Shown here: piece by piece, positions 50,971 to 64,000 of the stretch
Numbering within the stretch: the first letter of the stretch is position 1
How the letters are laid out: each line of letters starts with the position of its first letter
Assembly (NCBI GenBank): GCA_951406725.2
Contig: OX597820.1
Coordinates: forward strand, 19,530,001-19,594,000
Direction of reading: 5' to 3'
Source: Octopus vulgaris
Taxonomy: Eukaryota
Length of the DNA stretch: 64,000 nucleotides
The notes under the pieces: generated by a model
What the model was told of the DNA's origin: nothing
Databases searched by the model: none
What the model saw: only the letters and a program-made list of their open reading frames with translations
Made by a program: the position numbers and the translations under genes

Positions 50971-52433
50971 ATAGATATCTATAGTTAGATAGACATCTAT
51001 AGATAGATAGACAGTTATAAAGTTAGATAGTTATACAGATAGATAGATATACATATAGATTGATGAAAAAGTGGACAGTAAAGGATTTTACAAAGAGAGA
51101 GAAGTGTATGTATATATATATATATATATATAATATATATATATACACACATACACACATTCTCTCTCTCTCTCTCTCTCTTTAACAGGTTTTACTCTTC
51201 TGGCTGTTGACTTTGTATATTTGATGCTTACTGAAGTGTTGTGTCATAGAATGAAATAATGTTCCAATAAATACGGTTGTGAGGTTCAACAAACTAGATA
51301 TTATCACATCAACTGATAACATAGCTGATCTGGTTTAGTATTTCAAGGATTTTCATCTTCATAGTCCAACAGTGTGGGATATTCACTATCTCAAACTCAA
51401 GTACAAAGCTGTTGTTTATCCCTCTTAAGTTCGGAAGAGGGGTGCAAGCACCCATGTTATTAAATTCCAGTTTGAGATGATTGGGTCAGTTCTTCAAAGA
51501 CTGAAGTATGTGGCTGAATTATCATTGCTCAAGCCAGCGGCAAGGTTACAGGAGGTGTGGATAATCTAAGCAGATATTTTCAGATATCTAGTTTGGCGCC
51601 AGATATTTCTAAATACATCTTTTACTGTTACGTAAGTCTGTGGTGTGTTGTATGAGTTTGTGCATGCAGGCGTCTAGTGGTAAAATTCACAGCAATATGC
51701 TTTCATCTCTTAATGTAGATTTATCACACTGGCACAATATGTTACATAGAAGGGAAATGAGGAAGTGAGATTGTAGGATGTTCATGCATTTCTCCAGAGT
51801 AATTAACAGCATAAGTCAAGTGAGAAAAATGTCTAACCCTAACCCTAGCAGCTGAAAAAAAATTGTGGAATCAACTTACTTAATATCTATGAACGAGATC
51901 AGATTGGAGCCTGGTGCAGCCGCTGGCTTTCCAGACCTCAGTCAAACTGTCCAACCCATGCCAGCATGGAAAACACACATTAGACGATTATGAAGATGAG
52001 AAAGAACTCAATACCATTTAAACTAGTGCTTCTTATAGTGAGTTACTGTAAGGATTGAAAAGCAGGGCAGACAAATTCTATGCAACCCTTTTGATAGTGA
52101 TCTATCTCTATTTCTATGATACAAATTTCAATTTTTAAAATTATTTAAATTAAAACTTCCCATCAAAACTAAATTTACTCTTATGTTCCAAAAGCCAGCT
52201 TAATAATGACTAATGAGTTATTTTGCTAAATTCTTCAAAAGAAATATTGTAACAAAAAGGTTTTCAATAAATTTACATGTTTAAATTGTCTTTTTTTTAA
52301 ACTTGTTATCTCTATTAGTGAAGGAAAAAGAAGTATTTGGATACAAGACTACTTTCTCACAAATAAGGGGCAAACATTTCACTGTATAAGGGTGGGGTTT
52401 GATATCTACCTTTGTGAGAACCCACTGGTCTCA

Positions 52434-52645
52434 CCTTTTAGCATTCAGATTACTTTGTCAAATGTAATGCTTTTCCATGTTTTAAAAAATTAATCCTGTA
52501 TTATCTTGTGGTTTGAGACTTCAATGATATGATTGTTTTTAGAATTACTTTGCAGGGTAGGTGAGAGAGGCTGGATCTGGCCAGTTTGAACAGAAAACAG
52601 GTATATTTTGGCCACATATAGCTGGTTTAAATGCTAAAAGGTTAA
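52434..52645. mobile_element. MITE family E, reverse orientation
   Basis: Body is the reverse complement of the 43346 copy. Confidence 0.82.
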
Positions 52646-53379
52646 ATCAATCCAGTCTTTGCAACCCCTGTGTATAGGTGAGTGAGGTTTTGTTGGAATA
52701 ATCAGATGGTTCTGTAACATGGCAATTGGCGAATCCTTTCAATCTTGTTCCATTTCCTATCTAACGCCCAACACCCCTCTTTTTCTCTAACGCTACCAAT
52801 CCATCTACCTTTATTGGTCACCTACTTCATAAACCAAGGAGGTTTTCATTGTAACAGGCAAGCCTCTTCATGATTGCTTGCTCTGCAAGAAATTGCAGCC
52901 AAGTCTCCCTCGGATCACACTTTACTGCATTAAAAATCAAAAGAACACATTTGACGACATAGTTCCTTTTATCCAAAAAGACAGGGTGGTCATGGCTGAA
53001 ATTACCTTTGATCAGAGCTCTCTCCTATCTGGACCCCCTCCTATCAACAGCAACCCCTTTCGATATACACAATCACACACACATGCACACAGACCCAGCT
53101 TGAAATGCTTATAACCCCAAACTCTCCCATTTCCCATTAAACAACATTTAAGAATTATTGTAGTAAATGGAGATAAGCCTCTCTATTAGAAGTGGAATAG
53201 CAAAGTTTGAGTTGAACGAACTAACAACGTGTTAATATAGAGAATATTGGTTAAAGTATCTCTTAAATCACCAGCTTCAAGTTAGATTTTTAGAAATGTA
53301 TTTCATAATTCATTGAGTTTGCTGTCTATTAATTTGTTTTTTCATTATTGAAAAGAACACACACAGACACATAATTTAC

Positions 53380-53825
<446 letters not shown>

Positions 53826-54140
53826 TAATGGTAATTTAAAATTATGTCACTTGTTTAAATATTTGATTTTTTCATCAATAACCATTCAAAACAATAGTCA
53901 TTGTGTTACAGATAAATGTCTTAAGAAAATGAAGGTGTTTTTTTAGTTGTTGATTCATCAATAATTAAAATCAGTGTTTCTGTTGTCATTACAGACTAAT
54001 TAGGGTTGGCTTGCCTTAGCTCAGTTGTAAGGGAGTTCATTTTGCTAGCAAGTGGTTTTAATTTTAGTCCTGTTCGGCATCTAGAGCAAATGCCTTGTAG
54101 GTCTTCAGGCTGACCGATGAATGCCTTATGAGTGAATATA

Positions 54141-54371
54141 TATTTCTTTACTACTCACAAGGGGCTAAACACAGAGGGGACAAACAAGGACAGACAAAGG
54201 GATTAAGTCGATTACATCGACCCCAGTGCGTAACTGGTACTTAATTTATCGACCCCGAAAGGATGAAAGGCAAAGTCGACCTCGGCAGAATTTGAACTCG
54301 GAACGCAACGACAGACGAAATACGGCTACGAATTTCGCCCGGCGTGCTAACGTTTCTGCCAGCTCGCTGCC
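54141..54371 (-). mobile_element. SINE family B, full length, nested in an old family A SINE
   Basis: 15-bp TSD TTATGAGTGAATATA at 54126-54140 and 54372-54386; CpGs retained. Confidence 0.93.
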
Positions 54372-55359
54372 TTATGAGTGAATATAGTTAATGGAAACTG
54401 TAAGGAAAACCATTGTATACATACAGGTGTGTGTCTGTCAGAGAGAGAGAGAGAGAGAGAGAATTGTGTTTGTTTCTTGTACTATTTGACAACTGGTGTT
54501 GTTTTTTTTACATCCCAGTAACTTAGCAGTTTGGAAGAAGAAAAAATGGAAAAAGGAACAGAATATGTAGCAAACGGTAAACAAATAAATATTGGAATCC
54601 ATTTGATGGAGTAAACCCTGAATTCATTTTGATGGCTAATTCCGAATCTTCAAGTTTTTTTTTTTTTTTTGTTTTCCTCAACAATTTTGTGGAATGTGTC
54701 AATTTTTATTTTTCTCAATTGCATCATTACTTTAGATGTGTTAAATAACATTTTATATGAAATTTTACTGCTTGAACAAATGTACACACAGCATATACTT
54801 GATTAATTAATACATAATTAATTTTAAAACTCATTTATATATCATAGATTCAATTAATTACTCATACAATTAAAAAAAATATATACATTATACAAGTTTT
54901 CAAATGTGTTGTGAATATGGTGTTTCTCAAATAAACTTAGTCTAGGTCATTGCTAAATAGCAGCCAACAATAATAGCCAGCTGTTACATTTTCATTCCAA
55001 AATCTCTCGTATTGTGTTTCCTTTGCGTGAAAATCTCAGTGAAAGTATTCATTCTACTTGCTTGTTGTGTACTGCATCAAAAATTTTTTGAGACCATCAG
55101 AAGTGTACTTTTAAGTCATCCAACAGCCTGTGCCTTTATAACTATCCACCTTCATATTCTGATATTTATTTCACCTACAATAATACAGTGGGCCATCATT
55201 GCTTTTGATTGTGACTCAGTTGCTAATTTATTTTCTTCAAGTCCATTACCATTCTTCTTTGATCTTGAAAGTGTAAAAGTCTGCTTTCCTTTTAGACAAC
55301 AATAAATGATTCAGATACTCTTCCGTAATCTTCTCTCCAGGTTTCCTTCAAGCATGTAT

Positions 55360-55559
55360 TTAACCTTTTAGCATTTAATCCGGCAATATCCGGTCCAGAT
55401 ATTCATTATCTTGTAGCTTGGAGATTTCGATGGTGTGCCCTGTTTATTTTTAAAATGACATTGTAAGGTAGATGCCAGAGGCTGGGTCAGGTCAGTTTGA
55501 ACATAAAACAGGTAGAATTTTTGGGCCTCATATGGCTGGTTTAAATACTAAAAGGTTAA
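55360..55559. mobile_element. MITE family E variant
   Basis: TTAACCTTTTAGCATTTAA...TTAAATACTAAAAGGTTAA. Confidence 0.82.
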
Positions 55560-55661
55560 AATTTTCACCAGGTTATTTTTAAATAATGTAGTTTTGCTCG
55601 TTGAGAAAATTAATGTAATTACTGGTTAGTAGCATGCAAAACTGCATCAGTATAGAAAACT

Positions 55662-55890
55662 TGAACCCTTTCCTTATCAACCCAGCTGAAACCGGCTCTG
55701 GTTCTGTAGTACAAATGCCTTGTTTTCCTAAGTTTTGAATTAAAATCTTCCACCAAACCTTAGTCACAATTTATGTTCCTAACACTAGCTTAATGATAAC
55801 TAAGTTGTTTTACTAAATCCTTTGTTATATTTAAAGTAATTGAAAGAAACACAGAACATCTCAAAATAAATACAGTAACGAAAGGGTTAA
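55662..55890. mobile_element. MITE family D, reverse orientation
   Basis: Reverse complement of the 8641 copy. Confidence 0.9.
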
Positions 55891-56099
55891 AGTATTTTGG
55901 GATTTATTTCAAAAAATTCCAAAAAAGGACTTAAGATCCTGAACAAGCAGAACAGATTCAATATGGGACCAGCTACATGTCTTGGTCACCTACATGATAA
56001 TCAATGAAACTTATGGTATATTTATCGTAAGATCTGTTGTTATGGTTTGCCATTGTGCCTTAGTTGTAAAAGTGTTGCAAGCATAGTTTTAAAAAGGCT

Positions 56100-56500
56100 T
56101 ACTCTCTTTTTACTTGTTTCAGTCATTTGACTGTGGCCATGCTGGAGCACCGCCTTTAGTCGAGCAAATCGACTCCAGGACTTATTCTTTGTAATTACCT
56201 TGTATTTATTCTATCAGTCTCTTTTGCCGAACTGCTAAGTTACGGTGACGTAAAAACACCAGCATCGGTTGTCAAGCAATGTTGGGGTGATAAACACAGA
56301 CATACAAACATATACATACGCATACATATATATATATACACAACGGACTTCTTTCAGTTTCTGTCTACCAAATCCACTCACAAGTCTTTGGTCAGCCTGA
56401 GGCTATAGTAGAAGACACTTGCCCAAGGTGCCATGCAGTGGGACTGAACCCAGAACCATGTGGTTGGTAAGCAAGCTACTTACCACACAACCACTCCTAC
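56100..56500 (-). mobile_element. SINE family A, full length
   Basis: End-to-end match. Confidence 0.93.
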
Positions 56501-58111
56501 ACCTTGGATTTTTTTAATTTTTTTTACGTTGACTATAATTTGAACAAATCTTTCGTAGATTTTCATAAAGAAAAATAAAAGAAAAATCTCATCTCAAAAT
56601 ACTACGTATGCTACTGAAAACCAGGGAAAATGCTTTGTGGATTGCTGTTTCAAAGGAAACTTCTTTGTTTACTAGTGTTGTTAGCTGAGTCTTAAGAAAT
56701 GCACACACACATTTGTGTGTAGTTGTTAATCATTCAAGTTGCTCCTTCAACAACTAGAGAAAGAACAAGCTTTATCCCAAGTCTTTCAGTTAACAAGGAA
56801 AAGCTAAGTTCAAGGGGTAGGTAGGTGGGTTAGCCAAGTTATACATAAGAACTGCTCATGTGGAAATCAAATCTTATAATGTTGACACAGGCAGCATGGC
56901 TAGCAGAAAACCACTTAAAGGGAGAAAAACTAATGAAAGCCAACAGAGAGGGTAGTACTAAAGTCTATTGGCTTGTTTTGTATCACATGTACACTTATAA
57001 AATCTCATTTCCATGTGTGTGAATGGCTGTCAATCTAACACAGTGTTAACCAGTCTATATATCCATCTAAAATCTGCCCAACGTTGAATAAAGGAAAACA
57101 CACACACAAAAAAATACTTCTCAGTAGGAGTTAGTCTTGACTGTACACAATCATTCATAGCATTGGCTATCATATTGTAGCCCCTTCCCACACGGCAATC
57201 TCCACATACCAAACAGTCTACACTGGTTTTTCTTCAGTGTATAAATGCTCAGCTGTCATATCAGATTGTAACAAAAGCCTGTGTATGGTGTTTGTGTTGA
57301 TTCAGAAGCTAATCTGGTCATACTTTGGCCTCTCAAAGATTCTTGTTTCATCCACAGGAAATTCTAAATTATTTCTCTAGCAGTAACTGCTATCTCAACT
57401 CTGTCTAGTGTGTGTGTGTATTTATTGTTACTCATATATATATATATATATATACACATACACATTCATTCATTCATACATACATATGTATATATATATA
57501 TACATACATACATAAATATATATATATACAAACATATACATCTATCTATACACATATATATATATATACATACATATACACACATACACATATATATACA
57601 CATACATATATATATATATGATGTGTATATATATATATATATATGTGAAAGAAAAAAAAGGGACTTCACAAGACTCTTTATTCACTACAATCATTTTGAG
57701 AATACCATTTTCTTTCTCTCATAATATTTTTGATAAACTCTATGGATACAAAAAATACCTAAAGCAAATCCAGTGGCATATACCACCATACTGTTGTAGA
57801 GATCAGGTAGCTGTGGGCTGGGCTTTAAACAACATACTACAAGGTATATACCCAAATATAAAATTATATGTCGTTGCTATAATGCAGAAGTGTCATAAAT
57901 TCAAAACACTGCTTTTTCAGAAAACGAAAAAAATAGTTACATTATTCCATAGCAAAACTGTTGTACTACACTTTGGTAAATTTTAATATCTTGGCATCTG
58001 AAACAGCTGGAGATACGATAGTTTGACCAAAAGAACCAGCTATTGCTAGCAAAAATAAATATTGAAAAAAAAAACAAAAAAAAAACAACATTTGGTCAAA
58101 TTAGCAACAAT

Positions 58112-58369
<258 letters not shown>

Positions 58370-58789
58370 GAAGCTATTTGATAGTCATTACGATATTAGA
58401 TAGTGCCTTGTCGTATTTGTTCTGTGCTCTGAGTTCAAATCCTGCTGAGGTTGACTTAGACAACAACGATAATGACAATGATGTATCCATTTTAAAATTT
58501 ATAAATTTGTGCTGATCAATCCAGTGTGACCGCTGCTTGTTTGCCCCAGTTCCTATCTCCATTTACCAATTCCCTCATGTCATCAGTTAAATAACTTGAA
58601 ACCCCCAAAAGCATCAAAAAATGACATAGTTCATTGCGTTTTTAATAGTGAACACAGGAGTTTCTTGCTTCACTAACTCAAAGTCCCAATGCTGCACTGC
58701 ACAGATATAACATGGTAATCTACTCTTCTCCGGGTTGTAGAATATTATAGAGCTTTTATTGGTAGTTTATACTCTTTTTTATTCTTTTA

Positions 58790-59351
58790 CTAGCTTCAGT
58801 TAATAATCTGTGGCCAAGATGGGGCATCACCTTTTGCTTCAAACCCAGTATTTAAGTTATTGGCTTGGGAACAATAAAACACAAACTTGACCTGAGATGA
58901 ATTTGAACTCAAGGTATAAAAATTTCAAGGTATAAGGCGGCGAGCAGGCAGAAACGTTAGCACATTGGCTGAAATGCTTAACTGTATTTCGTCTACCATT
59001 ACGTTCTGAGTTCAAATTCCACCGGGGTCGACTTTGCCTTTCATCCTTTCGGGGTCGATTAAATAAGTACCTAGCTTCAGTTAATAATCTGTGGCCAAGA
59101 TGGGGCATCACCTTTTGCTTCAAACCCAGTATTTAAGTTATTGGCTTGGGAACAATAAAACACAAACTTGACCTGAGATGAATTTGAACTCAAGGTATAA
59201 AAATTTCAAGGTATAAGGCGGCGAGCAGGCAGAAACGTTAGCACATTGGCTGAAATGCTTAACTGTATTTCGTCTACCATTACGTTCTGAGTTCAAATTC
59301 CACCGGGGTCGACTTTGCCTTTCATCCTTTCGGGGTCGATTAAATAAGTAC
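58790..59351 (+). repeat. Apparently perfect 281-bp tandem duplication that includes the 5' part of a family B SINE
   Basis: Units are 58790-59070 and 59071-59351; the SINE completes at ~59447. Confidence 0.93.
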
Positions 59352-59578
59352 CAGTTACGCACTGGGGTCGATGTAATCGACTTAATCCGTTTGTCTGTCC
59401 TTGTTTGTCCCCTCTGTGTTTAGCCTCTTGTGGATAGTAAAGAAATAGGTATAAAAGATGTAAGGAAATATCAGATATTTTTGTCCATTTCTGTGTTAAT
59501 TCTCCCATCTGTTCAAAGAACTAAAGATGCCTATGGTACCCAGGTTTCATGTGTGGTCACCTTATGAATGCTAAACTA

Positions 59579-60215
59579 CTGTAAAAAAAACCCATGTAAT
59601 TTACACATTTTTTTTTTTTCGCAAAAATAAAAAATAAACTTTAGGGGTGCATAAACTACATGAGTAGATCATTTCCAGAATTTTTAGAAATTTTTTTTGT
59701 TGAAAAAAGACATACAAAATGTAAACATTTGTACCAGAAGTTGTCTCATTTAGTGTCAGAAAAGGTTTTTACAGAAAAAATCAAGTCTTAGATATAATGA
59801 AGTTGACTCTTATTTATGCTGAACGGTGTAATGCTTACTTTTTCTGTATAAATTTACTAAAACCATTAAATGCTTAACTATTTTTTGAAGTCTGACATTC
59901 GTGCTGGTAATCATGGTCCGGGCCATATTATTATAAACAACACAAGCACTTTGTAATGTAATAGCTTTTAATGTGATACCTGTTAAACAGAAATTATTTT
60001 TATTTAGTGAAAATTTGATAAAATTTAATCATAATTAAGTGAAACTATGCTAAATACAACTAAATTGAAAACCTTTTCCCCCAGGCCATTTCAGCAATTC
60101 TGAAGACTTTTAGGTGCGATCTTTACATGAGTAGAAGCTTTTTTTTTAACAAATTTTATCCTGAAAGTCACCTGCGTATATTACACAGGTGTGAAAATTA
60201 CATAGGTTTTTACAG
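59579..60215. mobile_element. Non-autonomous Tc1/mariner (pogo-like) element
   Basis: TA-CTGTAAAAA..CCCATGTAATTT...AAATTACATAGGTTTTTACAG-TA, with repeated subterminal GGTGC...TACATGAGTAG motifs. Confidence 0.7.
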
Positions 60216-60434
60216 TAAATTGTTTCTAAAATTCAGTGTTCAGATAAGAATTGGGGTTATATTTTCAGTGTGACATGGCTGTAAATTCCATAACTTACAG
60301 CTTAATGGTTTATCATTTTTTACACCAATGTAAGGTATAGTGGTTGATCTGACTCAGCTGAGTGTCCTTTGTTACACTTCTTTATGTTGAAGCTTTTGTA
60401 GACATATATCATGTGATGATGACTATATTCTAAT

Positions 60435-60720
60435 ATCATCATCATCATCGTCATTTAATGTTTGCTTTCCATGCTTGCATGGGTTGGACGATTTTGACTG
60501 AGGACTGCCGAACCAGATGGCTGCACCAGGCTCCAATCTGATCTGGCAGAGTTTCTACAGCTGGATTCTCTTCCTAACGCCAACCACTCTGAGAGTGTAG
60601 TGGGTGCTTAGGGCCAATCAGGTGGTACTGGCAACGGCCATGCTCAAGTGGGTTTTTTTATGTGCCACCTGTACAGGAGCCAGTCCAGCGACACTGGCAA
60701 CAACCTTGCTTGAATGTTTT
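60435..60720 (-). mobile_element. SINE-like family C
   Basis: (CAT)n tail and family motif, similar to the 7575 copy. Confidence 0.85.
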
Positions 60721-61657
60721 TCAGCACAAGAGAAATTTTGCTGCTATATCTAGTAGGTCAGTCAGCCACATAGGGTTTTTCTCCACCTCCCTGTTTCACA
60801 GTTTTATCAATAGGTTAGACTGCTGATTAAAGCTTCACTGCTGTTCATGCAGTTGTTTCATTAATTAAGGAAGAAAAAAAAATAATTATAAAACAAAGCA
60901 TGTACACTGTACTGAGCTTCCAAGTTGAAATGGCTTCACTCAATAACAACCTTGTTTGAAAAGAAAGAAGAAAAAAAAGACTCCAGGTTGCTTACATCCT
61001 CAGTAGTGTTACCCAGTGTTTGATCTACTTCCTGAATACCTATACTTTATTTATTGGTTTATGCTTTTTACATGCACCTACATCTGCGTACAGCCTCCCA
61101 CAAACACATCTATCAACTCGGACCAGTTTCTGTTGCTTTGCAGTAGTAGTAATAATGATGGTGGCGCTGGTCGTCATTGTTGCCACCACAATCCGGTGTC
61201 CATGGTGTATCTTAGTAACAACATGGGTTTCTTCTTGTAGCAGCTGGGGTACCTAATTTACCAGTTCTTTTGTCTTATTTTATTTTTGTCTTTGCCAGGA
61301 TTCTTACCTCCCCGCGCCAAATGTCTTGTCTTTGCTATACTGAGGTCCAGGCGCAGTAGAAATAATAACAAGTTTCACTCTGAAGTCACCTCAAACGGTT
61401 ACAGGTCTTTTTTCTAGTTTTTCTTGTTTACTGTTGAAACTTCAAGGCAAATGGAAAGCATATGCTGGCTGGCTAGTGTATATTATGGTGGGAGCTTCTC
61501 TTGATGTGTGTTTGTTGTTTGTGTATAAGGAGATGAAAGTTAGACTATTCTGTAGCATATTTTTGCCAAGTGTTCAAATAAACAGCTTTGAAATAATCCT
61601 ATTAAAAAGTATAGTAATAAGATTGGTTATTTCAAGTAAATAATAGTAATAATAATA

Positions 61658-61855
61658 ATCCTTTCTACTATAGGCACAAGGCCTGAAATTTGCGAGGAGG
61701 GGACTAGTTGATTCACTGGTACTTAATTTATTGATCCCGAGAGGATGAAAGGCAAAGTTGACCTCAGCAGAATTTGAACTCAGAAGGTGAAGACTGACAA
61801 AATACTGCTAAGCATCTTGCCTGGCATGCTAATGATTCTGCCAGCTTGTTGCCTT
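61658..61855 (-). mobile_element. SINE family B within (AAT)n
   Basis: Meta domain and head. Confidence 0.82.
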
Positions 61856-61856
61856 A

Positions 61857-61890
<34 letters not shown>

Positions 61891-62299
61891 GTAATAATAA
61901 TAATAATGATGATGATGATGATGATGGCTTTGAATTTTGGCTCAAGACCAACAATTTCGGGGGGGTGTTGGTGTTGGTGGTGGTGGTTGGGTAATTGATT
62001 ACATTGAACCCAGTATTCAACTGGTACTATATAAATGAAGACAGACGGAATGCTACTAAGCACTTTGCATAGTGTGTGAACGATTCTGGCAGCTAATAAT
62101 AATAATAATAATAAAGAATTTATTATTGCTACAAAGGGATGGTTGTTTACATTGAAATTGAATAAAATTAAATGGAAAGAAATGGTATACACCGTATGCA
62201 AAACGCCATCTCAGGTCCCCCCCCCTAACAGATCCAGAATTATTCTTAAGTGCCCTATTCCAGTTTTATTATTTGGTTTATAAGTGCATGCTGAAAGTC

Positions 62300-63140
62300 A
62301 AGCCATGCACTGCACTCTCACTTAATATTCAAAATATTTTTTGGAGGGTAGTATTGCGCTCATTCTCTTCACCCTGAAGTCGATGAGGTTTTGGATTTGG
62401 TTGATGTTTGGTTATATCTAACGTGCACCCTTCTTCACCATTGCCACCTGACAGAGGAAAATTGCTTACAACCCTTGTTGGTCATAGGAAGGTGATTGTT
62501 AATTTCGATGGACTCAGCCATTACCTGGATCCATCCTATACAAGTCAACAACTGCTCAACAGTGTTCATATACAAGTATGTGCCAAGCAGTCTGGGTGCA
62601 CCATTGACAGGACCAACCTGATGGTGCTTTAGCCCCTTGTAGAGTTTATTGTGAACTGACAGTACCCACCACATATACACATACCTGATAGCATTTGTTT
62701 CTTTATCGCCCACAAGGGGCTAAACTAAACAAGGACAGCAAACGGATTAAGTCGATTACATCAACCCCAGTGTGTAACTGGTACTTAATTTATTGACCCC
62801 GAAAGGATGAAAGGCAAAGTCGACCTTGGCAGAATTTGAACTCAGACGAGCCCAAATATTACTGTAAGTAATCCTTAGCCCTTGCACTAAAAGACCTCCA
62901 GGCCTTCAGTCCAATTGATTTTCATTGAACCTCACATTCATAGTTTCCCTTGATGGTGTTGGTCATGTCCATCACCGGCCCTCTGTAAAAAAAGCTGATG
63001 CGGAAGTTCACCAGCTTCGTTACCTGACAGGTAGAAGTCTCTGAGCACTTGACAACCTTCAAAATGCCAGACACCCAATTTTGGTCCTCAGTTCAACCTA
63101 GGCTGTAACTCTGTCAGCTTTGGCAGCTGCGAAAGATAAT
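62300..63140 (-). pseudogene. Decayed L1/Tx1-clade LINE ORF2 C-terminal region, interrupted by a family B SINE (62698-62850)
   Basis: Minus-strand fragments QLPKLTELQ..PKLGVWHFE..LFYRGPV, LSVHNKLYK, AESIEI, IFLCQVAMVK and QNLIDF resemble the Tx1-type C-terminal (zf-RVT) region. Confidence 0.6.
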
Positions 63141-63544
63141 GGGGATGATGATAAATAAAATTTATTTCTAAAATTAAAATAAGACTCAAATGTATTGTTA
63201 ATGTATGGTTTATTCATTGTCGTTCTGTGTTCATTGCTGTGAATACTCGAGATATAAAGTTGTTTTGAGCTTACACTTAAATGATAATGATACCTGCACT
63301 TGTCTCTTTTCATTATTTAGTAAATAAATTAAGAATTAATATTTTTTTTATTTCTCTCATGGTGTGTTATTATTGAAGGATTTTCTTTTTATTTGCGTCT
63401 TTCTATGTATTAAAACCAGAAATTATAAAACGATATTAAGATATTGTTGATGATGATCATAAACACCAAACAAAATCCTAATACTTTTATTCCGTCTTCA
63501 CCAACCAAGTTTGTTTATTTTACAACAAATCATGTGATGATTCT

Positions 63545-63558
63545 ATTGCCATGGTAAC
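63545..63558. promoter_or_regulatory. RFX X-box-like motif
   Basis: ATTGCCATGGTAAC versus the consensus GTTGCCATGGCAAC, in unique sequence. Confidence 0.3.
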
Positions 63559-63902
63559 CACTTTATTAGCACAATCACACACACAGAGCAATTCTCACAC
63601 ACACACATTCAAAAGCTTAGTTACATGTTTATACGAAATTCCATTACATAGAGAAGTTCTATTTATCAAACTTGCTTATTGCTTAATCATACTTTGCTGT
63701 GTAATCAGTGTTTGGAAACTAACGAAGTCTTTATGTATCATTCTAGTTAAGACGTGTCCTAGCTTCTGTCTCTTTCATCATATGCGTCTGGTGTTGTGCA
63801 GTAGTGCACTAATATTATGCAGTGTTGCAATTTATTATTTCTTTTTTTTGTTTTTCAATCAACTATATTTAATAGTGTAGTACATTTAATGAAACCTACC
63901 AT

Positions 63903-64000
63903 AGGTGCAAGCATGGTTGTGTGGTTAAGAAGTTTGCTTCCCAGTCACATGGTTTCAGGTTCAGTCCCACTGTGTGGCACCTTGGACAAATGTCTTCTAT
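63903..64000 (+). mobile_element. SINE family A head, cut by the window edge
   Basis: A box, B box and start of the core. Confidence 0.85.

Noticed and set aside
51835-51847. Interstitial telomeric repeat (TAACCC)n
   Set aside because: Only about two units, compatible with chance.
61315-61375. pre-miRNA hairpin
   Set aside because: Pairing is too poor and no known mature sequence was recognised.

Overview
This is AT-rich, repeat-dominated animal (eukaryotic) DNA with no intact protein-coding gene that I can support. The supplied ORFs are almost all translations of microsatellites, SINEs or decayed LINEs. The SINE repertoire strongly suggests an octopod cephalopod (Octopus); this is an inference from remembered family motifs, not a database result. 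The window looks like a large intron or intergenic region. It carries three abundant SINE-like families (a tRNA/CORE-like SINE, a Meta-domain SINE and an RTE-related family with a (GAT)n tail). It also holds decayed LINEs (RTE, L1-Tx1, CR1/Jockey-like, R4/Dong-like), two non-autonomous Helitrons, piggyBac-type TTAA MITEs, Tc1/mariner MITEs and long (TA)n arrays. The most interesting signal is a set of 8-9 minimal type I hammerhead-ribozyme-like motifs in short Penelope-like elements, most of them next to (TA)n or similar microsatellites. They show compensatory stem changes and non-canonical catalytic cores: a G3:C8 swap, a possible U3:A8 swap, U4C and A6U. Also present are a local inverted-duplication complex, a ~180-nt hairpin, tandemly amplified SINE heads, and several weak ATG+donor micro-exon candidates in repeat-free islands. 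Most repeat boundaries are approximate, read by eye.
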